This document shows, one piece after another, positions 37,780 through 46,068 of a stretch of 47,257 bases of DNA; positions within the stretch are counted from its first letter, which is position 1; every line of letters begins with the position of its first letter. The notes under the pieces were generated by a model. It saw only the letters and a list, made by a program, of their open reading frames with translations. It was not told the origin of the DNA and searched no databases. The position numbers were made by a program, and so were the translations under genes. Source of the DNA: a virus; UHGV virus genome UHGV-1363571. The stretch is one strand, 5' to 3'.

Positions 37780-38577
37780 CTACACTTCTCCTATCAAATT
37801 ATCTGGCCAGATCGGTGATTTTAATATTTTGGTATGCTTGCACCAGTCGCAAACTTCGCATCGTATCGGGTCAATCTCTCCGTTTTTCAGAGAGAGAATC
37901 TTTGATACATTCATCTCCATTCCAGACAGACAATCATTCATCCATTCCTGCGGGATCTGGATAATCTCAATATCCGGCTCTTTTTCTTTGCTGGCTGCAG
38001 CAATGTAAAACGGCAACCGCTCACCTGTATTGATTCTCACTACCTCCTGATATACGGCAGCCTGTATGTCATAGCCCCAAAACCTCACAAAGTCCATCAG
38101 TCCCATGTCTTTCGCATAATGCGCTTCTCTCAGGGATTTCATTACTTTCAAATCAACGATGCATTTACCGGGCAAATAGCTGTCAAGCTTCACTTTCCAT
38201 TTCGCTCCAAATAAATCAGCTGTAAAAATTTTCTGCTTCTTTCCACTCATAAACATCATGAATAAAGGGTCTCTTTCGATTCTATTTATGATCTCTTCTG
38301 CTTTTCGGTACTCTGCCTTTAACTCTCCTTTTTTTGTAAATATCTCAGGATTCTGAGCCTTAAACAAATCAAGTGTCCCCTCGAAATGAGAATCCACATA
38401 AGAGCCAACCAGAAGTGCTGTTGTTTTCTCCATCTCCCAGTAACCATTCAGCTTTGCAAGTGCCTGTTCCTCACACCCAACACGTCCGATTGTTCCGCAG
38501 AAATCCTTATACTGCGAGACACTGAGATACTCCTGATTTGCTTCTTTGCTGTAATAATTTTCCTGTGTTAAAATCAT
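37780..38577 (-). CDS. PD-(D/E)XK family exonuclease (YqaJ/RecE-like), recombination partner of RecT
   Basis: D...D.K core (IVDLKVM). C-terminal Cys cluster. Immediately downstream of RecT. Confidence 0.5.
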   Translation of the reverse strand: MILTQENYYSKEANQEYLSVSQYKDFCGTIGRVGCEEQALAKLNGYWEMEKTTALLVGSYVDSHFEGTLDLFKAQNPEIFTKKGELKAEYRKAEEIINRIERDPLFMMFMSGKKQKIFTADLFGAKWKVKLDSYLPGKCIVDLKVMKSLREAHYAKDMGLMDFVRFWGYDIQAAVYQEVVRINTGERLPFYIAAASKEKEPDIEIIQIPQEWMNDCLSGMEMNVSKILSLKNGEIDPIRCEVCDWCKHTKILKSPIWPDNLIGEV

Positions 38578-39209
38578 TCAAATACCTCCTCTGCTTCTTG
38601 CACCGCTGCCTCGAAATCAAACGGGTTTTCTGCTACTCTTGTATCACTTTTTGATATGTCCTCTGCTTCACCCTCGACATAAACCCCCATAAGAGAATTT
38701 GGGGTATATACCCGAGCAAAGAACGCAGCCGCACGATATGCAAGCATCTGCTCCGGCATGGTTTTCCATTTACTTCCTGTTTTTTCATACCATCCCTCTT
38801 TTTTAGCCATTTCGATCGTCACTGTAGTTCCTTTGATTTTCTCTCCACTATCTTTATATTCTGCTTCAATTCTGCATCCCCAATTATCTGTATGAGGTGT
38901 TCCATCGTACACCGGACGGACGTTTTTAAATTCTGTATTCGCCCGGATCATACTCATACAAGCCTGTCCACTCCATGTAGGCTTACCTTTTACAACATAC
39001 AGATTCTGCATGACCATCATAGGAGATACGCCCATTCGATTCGCCATATCTACTGCAATGGTGCAATCCATTGGCTTGCCCTGGTAATTCTGCGGTACCA
39101 GCTGCGATGTAGCAAACATTTTTCCGATATCAAAAATCTTTTGAAAACTCTGACTGTCCGCAAACGGACTTAATTCGTGTCTTTCTTCTTTTACAATCAT
39201 TTCTTCCAT
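38574..39209 (-). CDS. recT: RecT-family single-strand annealing protein
   Basis: W.KTMPEQMLAYRAAAFFARVYTP resembles the RecT W..H.EEMAKKTAIRRLFKYLP region. Confidence 0.55.
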   Translation of the reverse strand: MEEMIVKEERHELSPFADSQSFQKIFDIGKMFATSQLVPQNYQGKPMDCTIAVDMANRMGVSPMMVMQNLYVVKGKPTWSGQACMSMIRANTEFKNVRPVYDGTPHTDNWGCRIEAEYKDSGEKIKGTTVTIEMAKKEGWYEKTGSKWKTMPEQMLAYRAAAFFARVYTPNSLMGVYVEGEAEDISKSDTRVAENPFDFEAAVQEAEEVFE

Positions 39210-39220
39210 ATCGATTCTCC

Positions 39221-40651
39221 TTATAATTCAATCACTGTCAGATCTTCTTCATCTGTTGTTCTTGTTGCGATAAACTGTAATCCCTTATCTTTGCACTTCT
39301 GATACAGCTCTGTCCGCATTTTTGTAGACATTTTCTCTACTCCATCAATCAGGATGATCTGCAGTCCATTCGGTTTTTGAATCGCCACATCAATACAAAG
39401 ATCAAGTTTTTCTCCGTCTGATAGATTGCTGATTGGGAGTCCGTGAATCAGCGGAACACCGTTTACAACTGTAAGACCGGAAATCGGAATAGTTGCAGTT
39501 TCTAAGATTTCTCCCGGAAGAGACCGTGCCTTTTCGATTTTCTGCGTAAAATCTTCGGATTCTGCTTTTAATCGCTCCACTTCGTTCTGTAGATCAACCA
39601 TTCGACGATATTCATTCAAGTGGGATTTCATCTCTTCTGCATAAGATGCCTGATTCTGCAATTCCGAATAATCCTGCACTTCTTTTTCTGACAATTCTTT
39701 ATACTCTTCTACAGAGCTGTCATATTTCGCAACATTCGCTTCATATTCTTTTACGATCACTTCTGCTTTGTCCGCTTTTCTCTCTTCCATACCAGCAAGC
39801 ATTGTTTGATTTTCTCTCAACTGAGCCTGCAGCCTTTCATTTTCTTTCAAAAGACGTTCGCGCTCTGCAGTAAACGACCTTTCCAATGCGGATAATTTAA
39901 TCTCTTTATCCGCTTCAAATGATCGGACTTTGTTGTCCCTCTGTTCAATGAATCGCTTTGCTTTCTCAATCTGTTCATTTTCTTTTCTAATGCGCTCGAT
40001 TTCCTGATACAGCTGTCCAAGATTTTCATTTTCCCATTTTTCTGCATCGTATCCAGACGGGATAGCATCTGCGATGTCCTCAACAAATGATTTTTTATTC
40101 CGGATATCTCTATTCACATCCTGCCGATTCCTGTAATACATGCCGTTTTCCGACTGTATATCATTCAAAACTTGTAAAATATTCTGATCGTAAGATACCC
40201 AATCTGGAATTTCACCAAACCATTCACGGATTGTCTGCAATGACCAGTCATACTGGATCATATCAAGCAAAATTGCATTCTGCTCTTTTTCGGATTTCTC
40301 CATAAATTCAACCGGTGACAGCTGCAGTGGAGTAAAAATATCTTTCAAAAATGTTTCCGGACTCCCCACCTCATGACCGTTCTGCTTCACGCTCTTGTAA
40401 TCCGCTTGATTCGCTCTTGCCTTCCGATTGATTCTCAATCCGTTATCTGTTTCAATCAGAATTTCCCCCTCTGTTTCTCCATTTCTGACGACATATTTAC
40501 GGTTCGACTTATTTGTAAGTGCGTACCGAATCGCATCAATCACAGAAGATTTACCTGCTCCATTTGTTCCGGAAAGCTCTACACTCTTTCCGTCTCCTTC
40601 ATATTCCGTAATTCCATAAAGATTTTTGATCTTAATTTTCGTAATTTTCAT
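39221..40651 (-). CDS. SbcC/RecF-like AAA ATPase
   Basis: Walker A GTNGAGKSS. Long coiled coil. C-terminal QIILIDGVE Walker B. Confidence 0.6.
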   Translation of the reverse strand: MKITKIKIKNLYGITEYEGDGKSVELSGTNGAGKSSVIDAIRYALTNKSNRKYVVRNGETEGEILIETDNGLRINRKARANQADYKSVKQNGHEVGSPETFLKDIFTPLQLSPVEFMEKSEKEQNAILLDMIQYDWSLQTIREWFGEIPDWVSYDQNILQVLNDIQSENGMYYRNRQDVNRDIRNKKSFVEDIADAIPSGYDAEKWENENLGQLYQEIERIRKENEQIEKAKRFIEQRDNKVRSFEADKEIKLSALERSFTAERERLLKENERLQAQLRENQTMLAGMEERKADKAEVIVKEYEANVAKYDSSVEEYKELSEKEVQDYSELQNQASYAEEMKSHLNEYRRMVDLQNEVERLKAESEDFTQKIEKARSLPGEILETATIPISGLTVVNGVPLIHGLPISNLSDGEKLDLCIDVAIQKPNGLQIILIDGVEKMSTKMRTELYQKCKDKGLQFIATRTTDEEDLTVIEL

Positions 40652-40693
40652 TTACAAACCTCTCCTTTTCGTCTACAATTTAAATGATTTAAT

Positions 40694-40745
40694 TTCTTGA
40701 GTGCTTGAGGGTTGCCGCCCTGTGACAGCACTCTTTTTTAATACC
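40694..40745 (+). terminator. Hairpin gagtgct...agcactc plus TTTTTTAAT
   Basis: Read directly. Plus-oriented within the minus-strand operon. Confidence 0.35.
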
Positions 40746-40923
40746 CAACCACCAGATACCACGCCAGAATCACCAAGATAAACCCGATCACAGCTACTGC
40801 AACCTTATGCCAGTAGGGCTTGTCCTGCTCCGGTAACTCGACAGATACGGAACGGATATCCCAGCTATTTAATGTGTTGGTGTGTTGAGTAGTCTGGCAG
40901 TGATAAGTTCCTTTAATTTCCAT
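40738..40923 (-). CDS. Small membrane protein
   Basis: C-terminal TM. Confidence 0.3.
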   Translation of the reverse strand: MEIKGTYHCQTTQHTNTLNSWDIRSVSVELPEQDKPYWHKVAVAVIGFILVILAWYLVVGY

Positions 40924-41098
40924 GCTTGTCCTCCCTTATTTTTACGGATCTCTTTCCGCGCTCTTCCAATCTGACGCGATAGTTCGTTAGATACGAGATT
41001 GCGACTTGCTTCTGCTCCTCAGAATCACCGTCTATCTTTTCTACGGATTTCAGAGTCTGGATAAATTTCTCGATCTGATTTACTGTCAGTCTTTTCAC
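40913..41098 (-). CDS. Hypothetical small protein
   Basis: ORF only. Confidence 0.3.
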   Translation of the reverse strand: MKRLTVNQIEKFIQTLKSVEKIDGDSEEQKQVAISYLTNYRVRLEERGKRSVKIREDKHGN

Positions 41099-41102
41099 AT
41101 CG

Positions 41103-41342
41103 TCACTTCCTTTCCAATCTTTCTATCACTTCCTCCCGGCTCAGTCTGAAGAACTCAGCCACTTCGGAAATAGTAGCTTCATAGTGTTTCTTTACTGCCC
41201 CGGTCTTCCGCACGACTCCAAATGTCCAGATGTTGTGTCTCATGCGGTATCGTACTTCGTTCACGGAGCAACCGGTAATCTTTGCGATTTCCGCCGTTTT
41301 TAATGTTTCTTTTAATGCAATTGCGGTGTTCATTTTTATCAC
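41103..41342 (-). CDS. HTH DNA-binding protein
   Basis: AEIAKITGCSVNEVRYRM helix-turn-helix. Confidence 0.45.
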   Translation of the reverse strand: MIKMNTAIALKETLKTAEIAKITGCSVNEVRYRMRHNIWTFGVVRKTGAVKKHYEATISEVAEFFRLSREEVIERLERK

Positions 41343-41375
41343 CTCACTTATGTATGCAGGTTGGATTGTCGTAAT

Positions 41376-41561
41376 TTATTTCTGGTCTGCTCCAAATCTA
41401 TCAGCCATCATTTTCACAGCATCCTCGACAAGCTTAATACTCATGTTGAACATCCTATCTACCTCGTTTTGAGTAACGCTCATGTATTCCCTTGTAATAA
41501 TAATGCTTGTAACAACAGAAACCATGATCGAGCAGATAATGCTTGCTATTACAATCTCCAT
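41376..41561 (-). CDS. Small membrane protein
   Basis: N-terminal TM. Confidence 0.3.
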   Translation of the reverse strand: MEIVIASIICSIMVSVVTSIIITREYMSVTQNEVDRMFNMSIKLVEDAVKMMADRFGADQK

Positions 41562-41562
41562 G

Positions 41563-41970
41563 TCAGTCCTCCAATTCTATAACCAGCGTGCCAATAAGGG
41601 TTCTTATTGTTTTCACAGGTTTTTCCAAAAATTTTGGGTCTTCTCCGGAAATGCTTCCAGGTTCATATATATTTACTGCCGTACCCATTTCTTTTTGATA
41701 TACAACTTTCACAAGTACATCGTCGGCAATTAAATTTGCCAAGTCTGACAATCTCAATCCAGACAGTTTTTCAGCTTTAATACTGCCGGCTACAATACCT
41801 GGTGTCTTAATGATGCCGTCAAAAACCTGGACATCCATATTTACTGTAAGATCAGCGACGCAATCTTCCTCTTTCTGCTCTAATCTGTATGATTTCACGC
41901 AGTTGAGCTTCTTTCCGTCTAAAAATAATCCATTGTCGATTTTCACAGTGCTAAACATTGTGTTTTCCAT
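41563..41970 (-). CDS. Hypothetical protein
   Basis: ORF only. Confidence 0.4.
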   Translation of the reverse strand: MENTMFSTVKIDNGLFLDGKKLNCVKSYRLEQKEEDCVADLTVNMDVQVFDGIIKTPGIVAGSIKAEKLSGLRLSDLANLIADDVLVKVVYQKEMGTAVNIYEPGSISGEDPKFLEKPVKTIRTLIGTLVIELED

Positions 41971-41972
41971 CC

Positions 41973-42335
41973 TTATTTAAATTCTGACTGAAGTACTTCT
42001 ATCTTCGGAATCAGTTCTTCCAGAGATTGACTTATCTCCTGATCAGTACTCCGAGAATCCATGTAATAGTCATGAATAGTTGAGTACTGTCTTGATATAT
42101 TCACAACTGAAAATGAAGCAAAAATCACAAAGACAACAAATGTTACAAGCAGGCAGAGGGTCTTGCATTTTAAGCTCTCTACTTCTGTTTTAAGTTCTTC
42201 TACTTCTGTTTTTAACGAATTAAACTCAATTCGATCCATCCTCTGCGATTGAGCATTAAACATCTTTCCTGTACGTTTTTCTGCTTCTTGAACGGAATCC
42301 ACTCCCGGTGTCCCCGGACTGCCACTCCAACACAT
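41973..42335 (-). CDS. Coiled-coil membrane-anchored protein
   Basis: RBS AGGAGG. Coiled coil followed by TM LCLLVTFVVFVIFASFSVV. Confidence 0.45.
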   Translation of the reverse strand: MCWSGSPGTPGVDSVQEAEKRTGKMFNAQSQRMDRIEFNSLKTEVEELKTEVESLKCKTLCLLVTFVVFVIFASFSVVNISRQYSTIHDYYMDSRSTDQEISQSLEELIPKIEVLQSEFK

Positions 42336-42356
42336 TCTCTTCTTCCTCCTTTTTTT

Positions 42357-43118
42357 CTATGCAACTCCATACTTAATAGCCAGTTCTTTTACAATAGCCG
42401 TATATCCCTCAATCAGTTTCTTATCATCAGCAATCACATCAAGATAATTCAATTTGTCTCTTCTAGATTTGCAAACACCCTCATCTGCCATTCTCCTACG
42501 CTTGTTCGTGAGTCTCTGTTTTACATTCACTCCCATGCGTTTTTCCAACAGCTGATAGGATTCCGCTCTTACATCTTGATAAGACTTGCTGTCTCCGCAC
42601 TCCATACCGATTTTTCTCAAGATTCTTCCGGTATCTTCTCTCCATGATGTTGTATCGATTGCAACAACCTCACGGATGCTTTCGATCCGTTCTTCCACGT
42701 GCTCAAGCTTCTCTGCCTGACGCTTCTGCTCGATTTCCAAGTTGATCATGACCTGTAACTGCGGTGAGAGTTCTTGTGTGGCAAGAGATGCCGCTTTGTA
42801 TTTCTTTTCTACCCGGATGAAATATCTGCGTACTTGCTTTCCTTTTTCGTTCCGCTCAAGCATTGCCATTTCTTTGGCAGCATCCAGTTTGATGATATGG
42901 TCTTTTTTAGTCTGACCTGAAGGTGTAGGAATTTCTACGCCTTGAAGATCTTCATTTTCAATAGCATCAATATCTGATAATCTGCGTTTCACCCATTCGC
43001 GGTAAACACTTGGTGCACCAAGAACCTCATGCAGTTCTGATCCGTATACTACTTTTTCCCCTGTGCTTGTCTCGTATACTGGGACAAGTTCGTTTTCAAT
43101 TACTTTTAATGCTTTCAT
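42357..43118 (-). CDS. Antirepressor, ORF6N domain with ORF6C-like C-terminus
   Basis: Start refined to MKALKV with RBS AAAAGGAG. ELVPVYETSTGEKVVYGSELHEVLG...YREWVKRR matches the ORF6N pattern. Confidence 0.6.
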   Translation of the reverse strand: MKALKVIENELVPVYETSTGEKVVYGSELHEVLGAPSVYREWVKRRLSDIDAIENEDLQGVEIPTPSGQTKKDHIIKLDAAKEMAMLERNEKGKQVRRYFIRVEKKYKAASLATQELSPQLQVMINLEIEQKRQAEKLEHVEERIESIREVVAIDTTSWREDTGRILRKIGMECGDSKSYQDVRAESYQLLEKRMGVNVKQRLTNKRRRMADEGVCKSRRDKLNYLDVIADDKKLIEGYTAIVKELAIKYGVA

Positions 43119-43260
43119 TTGATCTCCTTTTGTACATTTCATTTAGTTCATTTTCAATTTTCATAAGACGCACTACGTTTACAACTTGCAGTATCGATGT
43201 TGCGATAACAATGATGCATCCAATTAATTCTAAATCGATCATAGCGTACTGCTCCTTTCA

Positions 43261-43434
43261 TCATCCTGCTTTCTTTGTTTCTTTTAAAAATGCAGATGCA
43301 GCCATCGAAATAATCCCATCGATCTTTCCTTGTGCTCTTTCTGGAAGTTTGTCCCAGTTCTCTGCAATCCTTTTAAAATCCTCCAATCTTTTCTCTTCCT
43401 GATTTCTTGTGATGTTTTCTAATGTTTCACTCAT
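43261..43434 (-). CDS. First early leftward ORF, 57 aa
   Basis: RBS GAGGTGAGAAC-ATG. Below the ORF-track cutoff. Confidence 0.35.
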   Translation of the reverse strand: MSETLENITRNQEEKRLEDFKRIAENWDKLPERAQGKIDGIISMAASAFLKETKKAG

Positions 43435-43436
43435 GT

Positions 43437-43542
43437 TCTCACCTCTTTCTTTTTGAATCTTTATTGTTATTTGTTTCTTTATCTCCTATAATTTGCTTAC
43501 AGGCATCTGCCAATGCCAAGTAAACAGGAAAGGAGAATAGAT
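43437..43542. promoter_or_regulatory. Divergent promoter region: rightward TTGTTA-17-TATAAT, leftward early promoter candidate, 5-bp stem ggcat/atgcc
   Basis: Read directly. Confidence 0.35.
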
Positions 43543-43839
43543 ATGAAGCTTAATAGTCTCAAAAGCGAATTTTTGAAATACATGGTAAAGTCTTACGCAA
43601 AAGATCATAAGCGTATATTTGCATTTGAATCTTTCAAGTCTCTTTATCCAGAACTTGATGACGATTTTATTTCTGATGCTTTGTTTGCACTGGATGAAGA
43701 TGGGTTTGTCCATGTGTATAAAGCTGATGATATTGCTTACGAAACCACTTTACTTCCAAATGCCATCTGTTCTGTTGAAGAAGATACGCTTTTAAGAAAA
43801 GGCTACTCTTTTATCAAAGAGATACGATCATGGCTTTAA
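43543..43839 (+). CDS. Hypothetical protein, 98 aa
   Basis: Start refined to MKLNSLKSEF with RBS AAAGGAG. Confidence 0.45.
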   Translation: MKLNSLKSEFLKYMVKSYAKDHKRIFAFESFKSLYPELDDDFISDALFALDEDGFVHVYKADDIAYETTLLPNAICSVEEDTLLRKGYSFIKEIRSWL

Positions 43840-44042
43840 TCAACTATTAACCAGTCATCTCTCATCAATTCATCTGCTGATGGTTGCCATCCAGATTTTG
43901 ATGGATTGCTTCCATCAGCATTCATTACAATACAATTCCCGCACCCATTCGTTGGCTTGATTTTCGCTCCACCTTTAAATTCTGGCAATGTTATGTATTT
44001 GGATTTTTCCATTGATTTCTTTACCGCTTCTTGTATATTCAT
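43836..44042 (-). CDS. DUF2829-like (Tad2-like) small protein
   Basis: MNIQEAVKK...SGWQPSADELMRDDWLIVD fits the DUF2829 N- and C-terminal signature. ATG start with RBS GAGGTG. The track start is a GTG. Confidence 0.45.
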   Translation of the reverse strand: MNIQEAVKKSMEKSKYITLPEFKGGAKIKPTNGCGNCIVMNADGSNPSKSGWQPSADELMRDDWLIVD

Positions 44043-44077
44043 CTTTTTCACCTCGCTTTCGTGTTGTTTGTGAGATT

Positions 44078-44179
44078 ATTATATATCTCGTAAACAATAT
44101 TGTCAATACATTTTTTGTTGTTTTTGTGATATTTTGTTGCTTATGAGATATTGACAACAGAATTGTTCCCATGTATAAT
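44078..44179. promoter_or_regulatory. Genetic switch: two divergent perfect consensus promoters (TTGACA-17-TATAAT on each strand) with inverted TATTGACAA half-sites
   Basis: Leftward -35 at 44106..44101 and -10 at 44083..44078. Rightward -35 at 44151-44156 and -10 at 44174-44179. Confidence 0.65.
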
Positions 44180-44203
44180 AAGGGAAAAGAAAGAGGTGAA
44201 TAT

Positions 44204-44578
44204 ATGAAGGAACGTCTTAAGAAACTGCGTAAAAGTTTAGATATGACGCAACAGGCATTTGCTGATAAAATAGGAATGAAGCAAAATACAATTGCTCAAT
44301 ATGAAATGGGAAGAACTACTCCGAGTGATGCTATTGTCTTTTCTATATGTAGAGAGTTTGGAGTGAACGAAAATTGGCTTCGCACTGGAGACGGCGAAAT
44401 GTTCTTGCAAACTACTCCATGTGAGAAGGCTTACAACAGATTTGGTTACATAATGGAGAACTCTTCTCCATCAAAAAAAGCAGCTCTTTCCGTATTATTA
44501 GAACTGCTTTACAGTGTTCCGGATGATCAATGGGATATGATCATGGAACAATATGATGAAATTAAAAAGGAAAGCTAA
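44204..44578 (+). CDS. XRE-family HTH repressor (CI-like, no peptidase domain)
   Basis: Start refined to MKERLKKLRKSLDMTQQAFADKIG with RBS AGAGGTG. HTH_XRE. Confidence 0.6.
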   Translation: MKERLKKLRKSLDMTQQAFADKIGMKQNTIAQYEMGRTTPSDAIVFSICREFGVNENWLRTGDGEMFLQTTPCEKAYNRFGYIMENSSPSKKAALSVLLELLYSVPDDQWDMIMEQYDEIKKES

Positions 44579-44688
44579 ATCGCTTTCCCGAAAATCCCTC
44601 GAACTAATTGATAGAGTCTGGATAATTGCTTATCATCCATTCTCTCAATTAGTTCGTGCAAGATTTTTTTAATTTGTTTTGTGTCCAT
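44575..44688 (-). CDS. 37-aa ORF with a strong RBS
   Basis: GGGAGGGG-9nt-ATG. Contains the 12-bp inverted repeat cgaactaattga/tcaattagttcg. Confidence 0.3.
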   Translation of the reverse strand: MDTKQIKKILHELIERMDDKQLSRLYQLVRGIFGKAI

Positions 44689-44867
44689 AGTATGTACCCC
44701 TCCCGTGTTCGTATTAGAACGCACGTTCGAAATTCCTTGATTAAATATTACTACATTATGTAATTTGATTCAATACCTTTTTCGAACATTTGTTCTGTTA
44801 TTTTATGGCAATATTTTGCCCTCTATTAAGTAAACAGTTAAAATTCGGGAAACTAACGCAAAAACGG

Positions 44868-44885
44868 ACAATCGTCCCAGATCTG
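44868..44885 (-). terminator. Perfect 16-bp palindrome GTCCCAGATCTGGGAC just downstream of the XRE gene stop; T-tract on the minus strand
   Basis: Read directly. Followed on the minus strand by gattgtccgttttt. Confidence 0.4.
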
Positions 44886-44891
44886 GGACAC

Positions 44892-45089
44892 TTATTGATA
44901 TGGAGAGTCGATAAGGTCAGAGATTCTGACTTTCAAGCCTTTGGCAAGCAATTCAAGTGTGTCGGCTGTCGGCGATATTTCACCGTTTGCAATGCGACTG
45001 ACGGTTGATTTTGACACGCCAGTAAGAATGGATACTTGCCGGACTGATAGATTTTTCTTAAGCATGATCTTATCGAGTAGTATTTTCAT
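44892..45089 (-). CDS. XRE-family HTH regulator (Cro-like)
   Basis: LSVRQVSILTGVSKSTVSRIANGE helix-turn-helix. Confidence 0.6.
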   Translation of the reverse strand: MKILLDKIMLKKNLSVRQVSILTGVSKSTVSRIANGEISPTADTLELLAKGLKVRISDLIDSPYQ

Positions 45090-45214
45090 AGTGGTTTTAT
45101 TGTAGTATATTCCAGAGCTGGAAACTACAGGTAAATAATGGTAATAATACGATATAACCGCTTCGGCGTTTATATAGAGTAAAGTGGTGTTAAAGGTACG
45201 AAAAGGAGGATAAA

Positions 45215-45730
45215 ATGGATCTATTTAAAAAAGAGGAAAAAGGAAAAGAAATATTGAATGGTGGAAAAACAGTAAAGCTCCGATTGAAGTCAAACGGAAA
45301 GTATACTGTTGAAGTAGACGATATCGCCGTAAAAGTTACGCAACGTGGTTTTATGAATGCAGTAAATAGAGGTTTTTCTGGTACAAAAACTTTTCCTTTC
45401 AGCAACATTACCGCAATCCAATTCAAAGAGCCAGGATTTACAACCGGATATTTGCAATTTATATTATCTGGAAGTTTAGAGACTAAACGTGGCGTTTCCG
45501 GCGCAGTACGTGATGAAAATTCGATTTTATTTACAAAAAAAGAGTTGGCTTTAATGTCGGAGCTGAAAGAATATGTAGAATGGAAAATTTTAAATAAACA
45601 TCAGGCAAATACAGTTAATAGTAACAATTCTGAAGCAGATGAAATTTTGAAATTCAAGTCACTTCTTGATCAGGGAATAATTACAGAAGATGAGTTTGCG
45701 ATTAAGAAAAAGCAAATACTTGGCTTATAA
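45215..45730 (+). CDS. PH-like (DUF4429-type) plus SHOCT-domain protein
   Basis: GYLQF motif. C-terminal SLLDQGIITEDEFAIKKKQILGL SHOCT. RBS AAAGGAGG. Confidence 0.5.
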   Translation: MDLFKKEEKGKEILNGGKTVKLRLKSNGKYTVEVDDIAVKVTQRGFMNAVNRGFSGTKTFPFSNITAIQFKEPGFTTGYLQFILSGSLETKRGVSGAVRDENSILFTKKELALMSELKEYVEWKILNKHQANTVNSNNSEADEILKFKSLLDQGIITEDEFAIKKKQILGL

Positions 45731-45745
45731 ATAAATGATTTTTTA

Positions 45746-45870
45746 TTGACACGAGTAGTACGCTCACTATATAATAACTTAGCAATGGAAACCTTGAATC
45801 ACGCCTATAGGGCATTATTATAAGTTCTAAGTTATTATGTGAAGACCTCGTAGCAATACGGGGTCTTTTA
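45746..45870 (+). ncRNA. Promoter-hairpin-terminator unit; candidate small RNA or int leader attenuator
   Basis: TTGACA-17/18-TATAAT at 45746-45775. 10-bp inverted repeat aataacttag/ctaagttatt at 45773-45782 and 45827-45836. Terminator agacctcg-tagcaata-cggggtct-TTTT at 45843-45870. Confidence 0.35.
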
Positions 45871-46068
45871 CGTTATTAGCAATTTTTATTTATTATAACA
45901 AACTGCAACAAAAAGCCGTCCCTGCGCCAACAGGAACGGTCTACATATCCGAAGATATGCTATTGAAATCCACGAATATTGTATCATCTTCGGAGCAGTC
46001 ATGCAAGTGGAACATCAGTTCGCACGTTGGCTGCTATTTTTATACTTAATTTTAAAGGAGATGATTAT

